From Parcubacteria group bacterium (GTDB lineage: Bacteria; Patescibacteriota; Minisyncoccia; Phycocordibacterales; UBA2135), in contig JACOWN010000005.1 in the NCBI GenBank assembly GCA_016176785.1, positions 1,202-65,201 on the forward strand: a DNA stretch of 64,000 nt, written 5' to 3'. The notes below the pieces were generated by a model that saw nothing but the letters and a program-made list of their open reading frames with translations, was not told the DNA's origin and did no database searches. A program made the position numbers and the translations under genes. This document shows, piece after piece, positions 27,820-36,623 of the stretch (position 1 is its first letter; each line of letters begins with the position of its first letter).

Positions 27820-28818
27820 TTAGAGCGACGGCGATTGTCCGAATGTTATGAAAAGCGATGCGGCGGCGCGCTGGAAAATGCGCGCGGCATTCGTGATGCT
27901 GACCCCGACGCGTGCGGAGCCGCTTGTCCCGCCTTCGCTCCGGAACACGACCTCGGTGTCTTTTTGGGGCGGCAGAAAGGGTTCGTCATTCAATTCCCAC
28001 GAGTATTGGAGACCGTTCGCGCGGTCATCGCGCGAAAAATAATACGGCTCCACGCGCACCGTGAGCTCGTTTTCAGCAAGCGGTTCCGTGCCGCCAAGCG
28101 AGCGTTCGTAGAGCACTCCCAACAGAGGGTGACGGCGGTAGAGAAGCACGCGCGGCTCAACCGCGGCAAGCCGTATCGTCCGTTGTGCCGTAAAGGTCCC
28201 CTGGAGCGATGATGCTTTCACGGTGATCTCCGCGTCAAAGAATCGTTCGGGGCCGTCAAGCGCGAGCGTTTGCTTGCCGAAGCCGGAATCACCCCCAAGC
28301 ACGCGGCGGTTTTTTGACCAGGTGTAAATGACATCGTTGTCGCGTACGCGCGTTCCGTCGGCAAGAACGAAGTGCGGAAAAGCGGTAATGACGAGAGCGC
28401 TCCCCGACGACGGCAGCGCTTTTCCGCGGTAGAACGGCGGCGTGTACGTGTCCGCTTCCCACAGAAGGTCAACGTCGGCGGGACGGAGCGTAATCTCGCC
28501 CACGACCCTCCTCCCCTCGGGCGAGGTCGCGGTTGCGCTTATGCGGAGAGAACTTCCGAACGCGCCCGTGGTAACCGTGAGCGTTTTTATTCCGCGTCCT
28601 TCAGCCGCGCGCCGTCCGCCGACCGTCCAGGAGACGGTGGAACGGTTCAGGTCAACCGAGGACGTATCAAGCGTAAGCTTCACTTCGGTGCGCGCGCCGG
28701 GGAACTCGGGCGTCGCCGTAACGGTGAGAACGCCGATGTTCGGAACTTGCGCGTGAACCGTGGCGTAAAACGCGAGCGCGAATGCGGCGATGCATGTTTT
28801 GGCGAAGAACGACATCAT
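27820..28818 (-). CDS. Secreted hypothetical protein (T4SS-like locus)
   Basis: Signal peptide MMSFFAKTCIAAFALAFYATVHAQ. Beta-rich. 4-nt overlap with the VirB4 gene end. Confidence 0.4.
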   Translation of the reverse strand: MMSFFAKTCIAAFALAFYATVHAQVPNIGVLTVTATPEFPGARTEVKLTLDTSSVDLNRSTVSWTVGGRRAAEGRGIKTLTVTTGAFGSSLRISATATSPEGRRVVGEITLRPADVDLLWEADTYTPPFYRGKALPSSGSALVITAFPHFVLADGTRVRDNDVIYTWSKNRRVLGGDSGFGKQTLALDGPERFFDAEITVKASSLQGTFTAQRTIRLAAVEPRVLLYRRHPLLGVLYERSLGGTEPLAENELTVRVEPYYFSRDDRANGLQYSWELNDEPFLPPQKDTEVVFRSEGGTSGSARVGVSITNAARIFQRAAASLFITFGQSPSL

Positions 28819-30677
28819 AGGGGAACGCCCGCTTTCACCTTAAACGCCTGCCGCGCTTTTTTAATGGCGAGCAGTTCGGACGGGTCCGAAGTAATGATCT
28901 GGTCTTCAGTGTACGACGCAATGACCTTGAGAGCGACGTGTTTCAGTCCGGCAAAAAAGATCCCCTCGCCCACATCCGATTCAAGAAGGAGATATTTTTC
29001 CTCATCCGTCAGGTTAAAGGTCCGTTGCACCTCGTCGATCACCGACGGCGCTTGCTTCAAAAGAAGCTGGATCGCCGAGTTAGAGATGATTGCGCCGCCG
29101 TACGGCGATTTCAAAAAGTCATTGACATCCTGCGTGATGGTCGCGAGGCCCAGAAAGTACTTCCTGCCGCGCTTCGCCAAACTGAAAAGAAATGAAGCGG
29201 TATCTTCTTGTTTCATCATCCACCACGCCTCATCGATGACCATAAGGCGTTTTTTAAGCTCCTTCCGAACCGCATTCCAGATGAAATGCGTCACGATGTA
29301 CATGGCGACCGGCTTCAGCTCATCCTCCATGTCGCGCACCGAAAAGACGACGAATCGCTTGTTTATATCAACGTTCGTCGGACGGTTGATGAAACCCGAC
29401 CACGTTCCTTTCGTGAATTTCGCAAGACGCTGCGACAGCGACGCGCCGCCTTCCATACCCGCAAGCACGAGTTCAAAATCGGACATGAGCGGCGGCTCGT
29501 TTTTTGAAAAATCGGAGTCGGGAGTGATGTCTTTCAAAGCGTATGTCTCTGTGATGGCGTGGTCAACGAGCGAATCCTCCTCCGGCGTCAGCCCTCCGAG
29601 CATGATGCGGAACAAGCCGACGAGATTGACGATGTTTGACCGAAGCACGTCGGCGGGCGATTCGTCCTCGCGCACCGGCGGCAGGTCAAACGGGTTGATG
29701 TGGTGCTCGGACGTGAGTGAAATGTTGAAATAGCGCCCGCCGGTCGCCTCCGCGAGATACTCGTACTCTTTTTCGGGGTCAATCACGATGACGTCTATGT
29801 CAAACATAAGCGACCGCAGGATCTCAAGTTTCGCGGCGTACGATTTTCCGGCGCCGGACGTTGCGAACATGATGGAGTTGTAGTTCTCCATCGCAAAACG
29901 GTCAAAAAGGATCAAGCTGGAATTATGTCGGTTGATGCCGTAGAGGATGCCGCGGTCCGAGGTAAGGTCAAACGACACGAACGGAAAGAAGCTTGAAAGC
30001 GGCTCGGAATTGAGTTTTGAATGGATGTTCAAGCGGTCGTCGGCGATCGGAAGCACGGAGTGATATCCCGCCTCCTGCTGGAAGAGCGCGGGGCGGACAT
30101 AGACGAGTTTTGATTCAAGCAGCGAGCGTATTTCTTGCTCAATTTTATCAAGCTCGCGTTCGTTGTCCGCGTAAAGCGTCATATAAAAACCGACGTCAAA
30201 AAGTTTTTCCTGCGCTTGCTGGAGTTTGTCGCGGAGATCTTCAAGGTCGCGGTACGCCGTGTCAAGCTTCGGGTCGCGCACGAGCCCCCGCTCTTCGCGG
30301 ATGGCGATCTGGCTCTCAACCTCGGCGACTTTTTTCTGGAACTGCCTTAAAACCTTCGCCGTATCAATGGGGTGCACGAAGAGAGAAACGTCAAACACCT
30401 TATCAAGGTTGATGATCGGCGACAGCCAGTTGTCGGAAAGATAACGCGGATAGGAGATGGCGAAGAATGTGCGCGCGACTTTTTCGCCGACGTAAAATTG
30501 TTTCTGTTCTATTTTGAGCGCCGCCGGCGCGATGATATCGCGCAATTCCAAAACGCCCGCTTCGTAGATCTCTTGCGGCAGAATAGGCGATATTTCTTGT
30601 TTTTCTTTCGGCCCTTTGCCGAGCAATTTATCAAGTATGTTCATACGAAACGATTGATAGTGAACGGTCGGCGGCAT
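28815..30677 (-). CDS. VirB4/TrbE/CagE-family type IV secretion ATPase (C-terminal ATPase portion)
   Basis: Walker A MFATSGAGKSYAAK, Walker B RLMVIDEAWWMM, conserved motifs TQDVNDF and GxGIFF of VirB4 family. 620 aa. Confidence 0.85.
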   Translation of the reverse strand: MPPTVHYQSFRMNILDKLLGKGPKEKQEISPILPQEIYEAGVLELRDIIAPAALKIEQKQFYVGEKVARTFFAISYPRYLSDNWLSPIINLDKVFDVSLFVHPIDTAKVLRQFQKKVAEVESQIAIREERGLVRDPKLDTAYRDLEDLRDKLQQAQEKLFDVGFYMTLYADNERELDKIEQEIRSLLESKLVYVRPALFQQEAGYHSVLPIADDRLNIHSKLNSEPLSSFFPFVSFDLTSDRGILYGINRHNSSLILFDRFAMENYNSIMFATSGAGKSYAAKLEILRSLMFDIDVIVIDPEKEYEYLAEATGGRYFNISLTSEHHINPFDLPPVREDESPADVLRSNIVNLVGLFRIMLGGLTPEEDSLVDHAITETYALKDITPDSDFSKNEPPLMSDFELVLAGMEGGASLSQRLAKFTKGTWSGFINRPTNVDINKRFVVFSVRDMEDELKPVAMYIVTHFIWNAVRKELKKRLMVIDEAWWMMKQEDTASFLFSLAKRGRKYFLGLATITQDVNDFLKSPYGGAIISNSAIQLLLKQAPSVIDEVQRTFNLTDEEKYLLLESDVGEGIFFAGLKHVALKVIASYTEDQIITSDPSELLAIKKARQAFKVKAGVPL

Positions 30678-30695
30678 ACGCCCCGCGCGTTCGGC

Positions 30696-31352
30696 TTATA
30701 AAGCGTTCCTTCTCGTTTCCGGCGGGATCGGTTTTTCCAATTCGCCCGGATTGAATATCTTGAAGAAAAGTTCCACCAATTCTTCCGTTCCGAGACGCGC
30801 AACGCGGATGCCGGCGGACGCAAGCCCTTGTTCCACCACGGAGGCGCGCTGTTCAAGCTGCGTCCTGTTTTCTTCAAACGATTCAATGCGTTCGGCAACG
30901 TTGGCGTCCCGCCCCCCTTTTTTTCCCAAAAGACCCGCAAACACACCGGCGCGTTCGACGCCTAAGATAGGCGGCGAATACGGCACCACGACAAAAAAGG
31001 CTTTTGTCATGATATTGGTGCTTTCGGTGAATTTTTTGACGAAATCAACGTATTCGGAAACCTGAATGCGCATCAAGTCGGACGTCTGCGCTTTTTCGCG
31101 TTCCTCAAGAAGTGACAAGTACGGCCTGATATCAAGCTTGCGTGATTGAATGAAAAACTGCACAGAAAAATCAAGCGAGTTCAGGAAGTTTTGAAATTGG
31201 AGCAAGATCGCTTCTTGTTCGGCGGCCGACTTGAGCGCAAGGTTGTGCGACGAAGTCATAAGAGCCAGCCGCAGCGAGCCGTCTTTCAAGACAACAACGC
31301 CGTTGCGTATTTCTCGGATGGGAACGAAGTCCTGCGTTGATTTTGAAACCAT
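30696..31352 (-). CDS. VirB4 N-terminal domain encoded as a separate ORF (same frame as downstream ATPase ORF)
   Basis: FVPIREIRNGVVVLKDGSLRLALMTSSHNLALKSAAEQEAILLQFQNFLNSLDFSVQFF matches the conserved start of VirB4/TrbE proteins. 218 + 620 aa equals full VirB4 size. Confidence 0.6.
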   Translation of the reverse strand: MVSKSTQDFVPIREIRNGVVVLKDGSLRLALMTSSHNLALKSAAEQEAILLQFQNFLNSLDFSVQFFIQSRKLDIRPYLSLLEEREKAQTSDLMRIQVSEYVDFVKKFTESTNIMTKAFFVVVPYSPPILGVERAGVFAGLLGKKGGRDANVAERIESFEENRTQLEQRASVVEQGLASAGIRVARLGTEELVELFFKIFNPGELEKPIPPETRRNAL

Positions 31353-31422
31353 GCGAATTTTGAATTATGAAACGGGAATTACGAATTAAGAATACAGCGA
31401 CCGCCGCCACGCACCACGACCC

Positions 31423-31857
31423 TTACTTCTTGCTTTCCGGTCCTTGCTTTTGTCCTGCATAGATGCTTTCGTGGACGTCCAAACTCCACGCAATGTCTTT
31501 CAGCTTGCTTTCCGAAAGGCGCGGGACGAAAAAATCGCTTGCGGGCGCCGCCTCCTTTCCCCGCTCTTCCGGCAAGCGCTCCCGTTTCTGCCATAGATAC
31601 AGTTTATCACGAGTGAGGAAACGCACCGCCGCCTCAAGGATATGGATAAAGTTCCGGTCGTTCACTTTGTAAAAAGCAAGCGCAAGAGAGAGCGCGACGA
31701 CGGGAGCGATCAGGAAGATCGCGAGGTAGAGCGGCAGCGCCCGGTAGAAGATGAAGGAAAACCCCGCGCCGCCGGCAAGATAAATAAACTGCTTCAGGGT
31801 CAGCGGCCCGAAGATCTTGTCCTCAACTTCTATGAATTGCGGTGTCTGAAATCTCAT
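31423..31857 (-). CDS. PrgI/VirB3-like small membrane protein
   Basis: 144 aa. N-terminus MRFQTPQFIEVEDKIFGPLTLKQFIYL followed by two TM helices, as in PrgI-family proteins that precede VirB4 in Gram-positive-type T4SS. Confidence 0.5.
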   Translation of the reverse strand: MRFQTPQFIEVEDKIFGPLTLKQFIYLAGGAGFSFIFYRALPLYLAIFLIAPVVALSLALAFYKVNDRNFIHILEAAVRFLTRDKLYLWQKRERLPEERGKEAAPASDFFVPRLSESKLKDIAWSLDVHESIYAGQKQGPESKK

Positions 31858-31895
31858 GCGAAATCTCCAAAAAATTTTGGAGATTTCGTATGAGA
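31852..31895. repeat. Palindromic hairpin CGAAATCTCCAAAA-aa-TTTTGGAGATTTCG (extended TCTCATG...TATGAGA) overlapping the PrgI-like start codon
   Basis: Read directly. 14-bp perfect stem at 31859-31888. Confidence 0.6.
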
Positions 31896-31916
31896 TTTAG
31901 AGTCATGAGTCATGAA

Positions 31917-32297
31917 TTAAGAATGCGTTTTTGATTTTTTGATAAGGCCGTTTATGAGTTTGCTTGCCGTAATGCTTTTCCGGGCGAGAATTTGAAATTC
32001 TTCGTTTGAAATATATTTTAAGTCTCTCGCAAGTATGAGTTGATTTTGTGTTTCGGTGAGCGACCCCAGTGACATACTATAGAAATATACCTTTTCCTTA
32101 TACGAGCCTCTACTGAATCCCTCCGCAATATTTGATGTAATGGATATGGTAGCGCGCCTGAGTTGTAAAGTAAGCGCAAACTGTTCTTCTTTGGGAAACG
32201 ACCTCGTCGTTTTGTATATGGAAAGCGCCAGTATATGGCTCGCTTTCCACGCGTCAAGGTCGGTGAAGGATTTTATTTTTCTTGATTCTTGATTCAT
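31917..32297 (-). CDS. Four-helix-bundle protein (TIGR02436 / '23S rRNA intervening-sequence protein' family)
   Basis: KSFTDLDAWKASHILALSIYKTT..FPKEEQFALTLQLRRATISITSNIAEGFSRGSYKEKVYFYSMSLGSLTETQNQLILARDLKYI is the hallmark pattern of this family. Gene is ~40% GC versus ~60% for its neighbours. Confidence 0.8.
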   Translation of the reverse strand: MNQESRKIKSFTDLDAWKASHILALSIYKTTRSFPKEEQFALTLQLRRATISITSNIAEGFSRGSYKEKVYFYSMSLGSLTETQNQLILARDLKYISNEEFQILARKSITASKLINGLIKKSKTHS

Positions 32298-32311
32298 ACT
32301 TCTTAATTCAT

Positions 32312-32354
32312 CGTGAACCGATAGAGTGGCTGGGAACTACTCTATCGGTTCACG
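32312..32354. repeat. Perfect 16-bp inverted repeat CGTGAACCGATAGAGT / ACTCTATCGGTTCACG (11-nt loop)
   Basis: Read directly between the four-helix-bundle gene start and the end of the acidic ORF. Confidence 0.6.
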
Positions 32355-33086
32355 GTATGGGTCCGGTTCTTTGTACGCGGTCGGCGTCGCCTCCGGCGCC
32401 TCCGTTTCCCGAATTATTTCTTCGCCGAACTCGCTTTTCGTCGGCGGAAGGCGGAATGTTTTTTGCAGTTTCTCCGAAACGATGTCCCGCGGCTTTTCCT
32501 CGGGCGTTTCCCCGCGCGGCGCAAGCGGCGTGCCTATTTTGTCGGGCTCCTCTATGTCGCGAAGCGTTTCTTCGCGGCTTATTTCCTCATCCGCCGTGTG
32601 TTGCGGATATTCTTTCTCAAACTCCGGTGCCTCGTCATCTTCGGTCTCAACCGGCAGCGTATCCGGCGTCTCGCCTCCTTTGGCGAAGGCGGACGTTCCC
32701 TGCGGCGGCGTTTCCGGAACTTCTTTTTCCCGCTCTTTGATCCCCGTCTCCACGGTTCTGGCGCCCTCAATGCCGTGGACCGTCTTAAGCGACTCTCTGA
32801 TCGGTCGGAAAATCTGCTCATTGACGTCCTGCGCGATGGCGCGCGCCGCATCCGCCTCAACGCCAAGTTCCCGCGTGAGCGTCCTCACGTAATCGCGCGG
32901 GTGAACGAGTCCCAGCATCACCCCGCCGGTAGCGTCAAAAAGTTTTTCCTGCACATCAAGATGCAGGCGGTGTTTTGCGCCGATCGCCTGCAGCTGCTCC
33001 GCGACCTCCACCGAAGATATCGCGGTGCGCACATCCTCGGGGATATTTTCATATTGTTTTTTTAGTTTTTCAAATAGAAACTCCAT
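32337..33086 (-). CDS. Hypothetical protein, conserved N-terminal ~110 aa plus highly acidic Glu/Pro/Thr-rich tail
   Basis: No motif recognised. Located between the VirB6-like and PrgI-like genes. Confidence 0.35.
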   Translation of the reverse strand: MEFLFEKLKKQYENIPEDVRTAISSVEVAEQLQAIGAKHRLHLDVQEKLFDATGGVMLGLVHPRDYVRTLTRELGVEADAARAIAQDVNEQIFRPIRESLKTVHGIEGARTVETGIKEREKEVPETPPQGTSAFAKGGETPDTLPVETEDDEAPEFEKEYPQHTADEEISREETLRDIEEPDKIGTPLAPRGETPEEKPRDIVSEKLQKTFRLPPTKSEFGEEIIRETEAPEATPTAYKEPDPYREPIE

Positions 33087-33091
33087 ATGCG

Positions 33092-35062
33092 TTAGGTATT
33101 ACTTTGTTTTGTAAAACGACTAATATTTCTTGCGATATCGTCAAGTTTTTGTTGTGCCTTGCTTTGTTTTGTTTGCAGTTCATTAACCCGGCTTTCCTCC
33201 GCCGTGGTAAGTTCGCCACGACGCCTTCTTTGCCCTTGGAGGCGGCTCATCTCGTTTTTAATATCTTGCATATCTTTTTTAGCGCCTTCTTCCTGTTTTT
33301 TCCAGTGCGCAAGCTGCAAAGTTCCGGACGCTCGTTTGTCTTTGCGCGCGATTTTGGTGAATAGGGTGTCAATGGACGGCGTCTCAATAGTTCGCGCGTA
33401 TCCGAGCTGGCGTGATGTTTGGAGGCGTGCGATTTCTTGTTCTTTGGCACGGATTTGCCCCTCGATAATTTTTGCTCTCTGTGTCGCTTGCAGTCGAGCG
33501 TCATCCGTACCTATCGCGCTTCGCGCGATCGCTTTTTGTGTTTCCAAACTTTCTCGATCTTCCGCAATCTGTTCTTGTACCCTTCGTATTTCTTCTTGAG
33601 GCACTCCCAAACTCTTTCCAAATTGTTCTCGCGCGGCAGTCTGCCTTTCAAGTTGCGCTTCGTAGCCGCCCTTGCCGCGCACTTTGCCGAGGCCTATACC
33701 GAGCTTGGCTGCGCCCTTGGTAACCGGCGCAACGCCTCGGATATCGTAACTTCCTCCCGCAACGCCGCGCGTTGCCTTGAGGGCGAGCGCGCCGGTCCTG
33801 CTTTTCGCCGCCCAGTCGCGGAAGCCCTCGGTTGAAGCGATCTTTGAAGCGGCGCGGCCGAGCGTTTGCCGCAACGCGAAGCCCGCTCCTCCGGCGGCTA
33901 TCGTCCCTCCGGCAAAGCCCGCCACCGCATTGCCGTACTCTATCGCCGTCTTTCCGAAATCACCGCTTAAGTTCTTCACCGCCTTCAGCCCGTAGAGAAG
34001 GATGAAAATGATGACTATGAAATTGAAAATCCCCGTGACGTCAAGAATGTCTTTTTGCGCGATGCGCGTAAGCAGCTGGCCGTTTTGGATGATCAGGATC
34101 GCGATATAGAGCACGAAAAGATAAAGCGGCGCGACGAAAATTTGATTCGTAAGCGTTGAAAGCCAGGCGTCAAAATGTTTTTTCGTTGACGGCAGGATGG
34201 CGAGAAGGAACGCAAGCGGCGCGAGAACGGCAAGAAAAATGAATGCAACGAAACGGCCAATCAAAAGCAGAGCGCCGGTGAAAAACGTCCACGCCGTCAC
34301 GAAGTAAAGCGTCGCCAAACTGACGAGAATGACGGACATTTTGCCCGGCGTGAGCCCGGAAACCGTTTTTGTCGGGTCGTAATTTTGAAGAAGACCGAGG
34401 CCGTTTAATATCTCGCTTGATATCGTGCCGCCCGCGCTTGAGAACGCATCGTAAAACTGAAGCGCAATGATGTTTGACGCGTCAATCCCGACCTTGACGA
34501 AGAACAAGCTGAAGTTGATGAGGAGCGCGACGATAATGAGCCGCGCGAGGAGCGTTTTCATGCCGTACTTTTCTATCTGGAGAATGGTCGCGATGGCGAT
34601 GACAAGCAGGATGAAGATGAAAAAAAGATTCGCAAAATCGCGCGTTACGGTCCAGCCGACGGTGATCGCGTCCACCCGCTCAAGGGCGTTGCTTCTGATG
34701 GTGAACTCAATGACGTGGTCAAGCAAAAGGCCCGTGCCTGTCATGAGGGCGTTCGCGATGTTTACGACGGTGACGAGGACCCAGTTGAGGCCTCCCACGA
34801 CAAAGTCGCCGACGGTTTGCGGGAAAAAGTAGGCAAATCCGGCGGTCGCAAAAATTGAAGCGGCTCCGAATACGAACGCCGGCAGCATAAAGGCAACGGC
34901 GTATGCGGAATGGGCCGGGAGCAAAAAGCCGGCGAGAATGACAAGCGCCACGGACAAAGCGGTTCGCCGGGAACATTTCGGATACTGACGCGCGCAGAGC
35001 CGCCCGAGCCGCGCGAAGCGGTTCCGTACATATACGTAAAGTTTTTGGGATACCATTCGCAT
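33092..35062 (-). CDS. VirB6/TrbL-like polytopic membrane protein with C-terminal coiled-coil
   Basis: About 8-10 predicted TM helices over 400 aa, Gly-rich linker, long charged coiled-coil tail. This architecture and its position next to VirB4 are typical of VirB6-like proteins. Start at MRMVSQ (35062), which avoids overlap with the upstream gene. Confidence 0.55.
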   Translation of the reverse strand: MRMVSQKLYVYVRNRFARLGRLCARQYPKCSRRTALSVALVILAGFLLPAHSAYAVAFMLPAFVFGAASIFATAGFAYFFPQTVGDFVVGGLNWVLVTVVNIANALMTGTGLLLDHVIEFTIRSNALERVDAITVGWTVTRDFANLFFIFILLVIAIATILQIEKYGMKTLLARLIIVALLINFSLFFVKVGIDASNIIALQFYDAFSSAGGTISSEILNGLGLLQNYDPTKTVSGLTPGKMSVILVSLATLYFVTAWTFFTGALLLIGRFVAFIFLAVLAPLAFLLAILPSTKKHFDAWLSTLTNQIFVAPLYLFVLYIAILIIQNGQLLTRIAQKDILDVTGIFNFIVIIFILLYGLKAVKNLSGDFGKTAIEYGNAVAGFAGGTIAAGGAGFALRQTLGRAASKIASTEGFRDWAAKSRTGALALKATRGVAGGSYDIRGVAPVTKGAAKLGIGLGKVRGKGGYEAQLERQTAAREQFGKSLGVPQEEIRRVQEQIAEDRESLETQKAIARSAIGTDDARLQATQRAKIIEGQIRAKEQEIARLQTSRQLGYARTIETPSIDTLFTKIARKDKRASGTLQLAHWKKQEEGAKKDMQDIKNEMSRLQGQRRRRGELTTAEESRVNELQTKQSKAQQKLDDIARNISRFTKQSNT

Positions 35063-35064
35063 GG

Positions 35065-36615
35065 TTAATCGTTCGGCGTACCCCCGCCGAGGGTTAAGGG
35101 AAAGACGCGGCATTCCTCTATTTTTTGCTGCGTTGCGCCGCGAAGTTCCGTCATCGCGTCATCGGTGTCGGACGCGCTGACGCGGGCGCTTATGACATCC
35201 GCCTCACTGTGAAGCGTTTCGGTTTCAAGGAGTCCGCGATAATCCTCCGCAATGGCGCTCATGGTGGAGACGGTCTGCGCGCTCTCGGCGCGGATGCGGA
35301 ATGCCGCAAGCGCCGCCGACAGTTCGTTTGAGGAAACGATGGCGCTCTGGAGCGTATCCTTCCGCGGCGCGATGTCCGTTGCGAGGGTCGTTGACGCGGC
35401 CGCAATGCGGCTCCGTGCCGTTTGCGCGTCGTCAAGCGTGAGAGGAACGGTCTGCGTACGCGTCAGTTTGTCCGTATAACACGCAATGAGTTCGTTCACT
35501 TTCGTTTCGGCGCCGAGGACGCTCCGCAGGGCGGCTTCCTTGGCGGCGCGGTAATCACCTTCGGCGGCGCTGCGGCGCGCGAGTTCGTCAAGAAGTTCCC
35601 GCCTGACACCCGGCAGCGTTTCTGCGTTTATGTCCGTCCCCAAGCGGTCGGTATATGACGGCTGTCCGCCGCTCCGGTCGGAAAGGCCGAGCAATCCGAC
35701 TCCTCCGAATATCTGCTGCGTCAGCTGCACGATGAGCGCCTGCACGATCTCGTTGAATGAATCCGCAAGCTCTAACTGGCGCACCGTGCTCCCAAACTGG
35801 TTTGCAAGCACGTCCTCAATAAGAACCCCGGGCGACTTGATGGAGCAGTTCTCAACCTCCGCCGTTTGTCCGGTTGCTTCCTCCATGACCGTATCCTTCG
35901 TGCAGTGCCTAAATGCTATGAAGCCGCTTGCCCAATTCGCTTCTTGTTCCGCACGCTTCTCCGCATTCCGTAACTGACGCTCCCGCTCGTCCACCGCAAG
36001 CAGGTATTGGCCGTAGATATTGTTTTCCGGCTGGAGCGTCACATTGATCCATGCCTCCCACCCCACTCGGTGCACGTACAGCTCAAGGTCTCGGAAGTTC
36101 CGGACAACGCCCGAAAGCGTGCATTGGAATCGGTATCGTTGCGGAACGGGTTTCCGGAGGAGAAAGCGGAACGGTTCAAGCGAGTAGGAGCACAGGTTCG
36201 TGAGGCCTAACTTTTCAATAAAAGCGCCCGATACCTGGTCAAGCACGTCCGCAAAAAATTGTTCAGGGTCGGTTATGAAGCCCGGGTTCCCCTCAAAGCC
36301 GTTGTTGATCCAATTGACGATGTCAGCCGTCATTTGCTGAATAACCATTTTTGCGATCGCCCACGCAAGCGGATTGAGGACGTTTTTCATGAACTGGTCC
36401 GCCGAATCAAGCGCCGCGCTCGTCGTATTGGCGGCGGCGCTTATCCTTTCCGGAATCGTTCCGGGTCCGTCGATGACGATGACGGCATTGCCGCCTGCCC
36501 CGCCGAGACCGAACAAGGCCGCAAATGTTTTCTGCGGCGCGATCGCAAACACCGCGGGCATAACCAAAGCGCCCATCAGTATCCCCGTTATGAGTTTTTT
36601 ATGAAGAGGCGTCAT
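35065..36615 (-). CDS. Secreted hypothetical protein (signal peptide + TM anchor, 516 aa)
   Basis: MTPLHKKLITGILMGALVMPAVFAIAPQKTFA signal peptide. No catalytic motif recognised. Confidence 0.4.
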   Translation of the reverse strand: MTPLHKKLITGILMGALVMPAVFAIAPQKTFAALFGLGGAGGNAVIVIDGPGTIPERISAAANTTSAALDSADQFMKNVLNPLAWAIAKMVIQQMTADIVNWINNGFEGNPGFITDPEQFFADVLDQVSGAFIEKLGLTNLCSYSLEPFRFLLRKPVPQRYRFQCTLSGVVRNFRDLELYVHRVGWEAWINVTLQPENNIYGQYLLAVDERERQLRNAEKRAEQEANWASGFIAFRHCTKDTVMEEATGQTAEVENCSIKSPGVLIEDVLANQFGSTVRQLELADSFNEIVQALIVQLTQQIFGGVGLLGLSDRSGGQPSYTDRLGTDINAETLPGVRRELLDELARRSAAEGDYRAAKEAALRSVLGAETKVNELIACYTDKLTRTQTVPLTLDDAQTARSRIAAASTTLATDIAPRKDTLQSAIVSSNELSAALAAFRIRAESAQTVSTMSAIAEDYRGLLETETLHSEADVISARVSASDTDDAMTELRGATQQKIEECRVFPLTLGGGTPND

Positions 36616-36623
36616 ACGGTTTT

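Noticed and set aside
28372-29733. 453-aa plus-strand ORF antisense to VirB4
   Set aside because: It is opposite a gene with unambiguous Walker A/B motifs. Its composition is Ser/Arg-rich and it has no start context.
30677-30698. Alternative genetic code (stop-codon reassignment) as explanation for the in-frame stop in VirB4
   Set aside because: The interrupting codon is TAA, not TGA. The known CPR recodings reassign UGA and occur in low-GC lineages. TGA and TAA are used as ordinary stops by neighbouring genes (for example pyrB ends in TGA).
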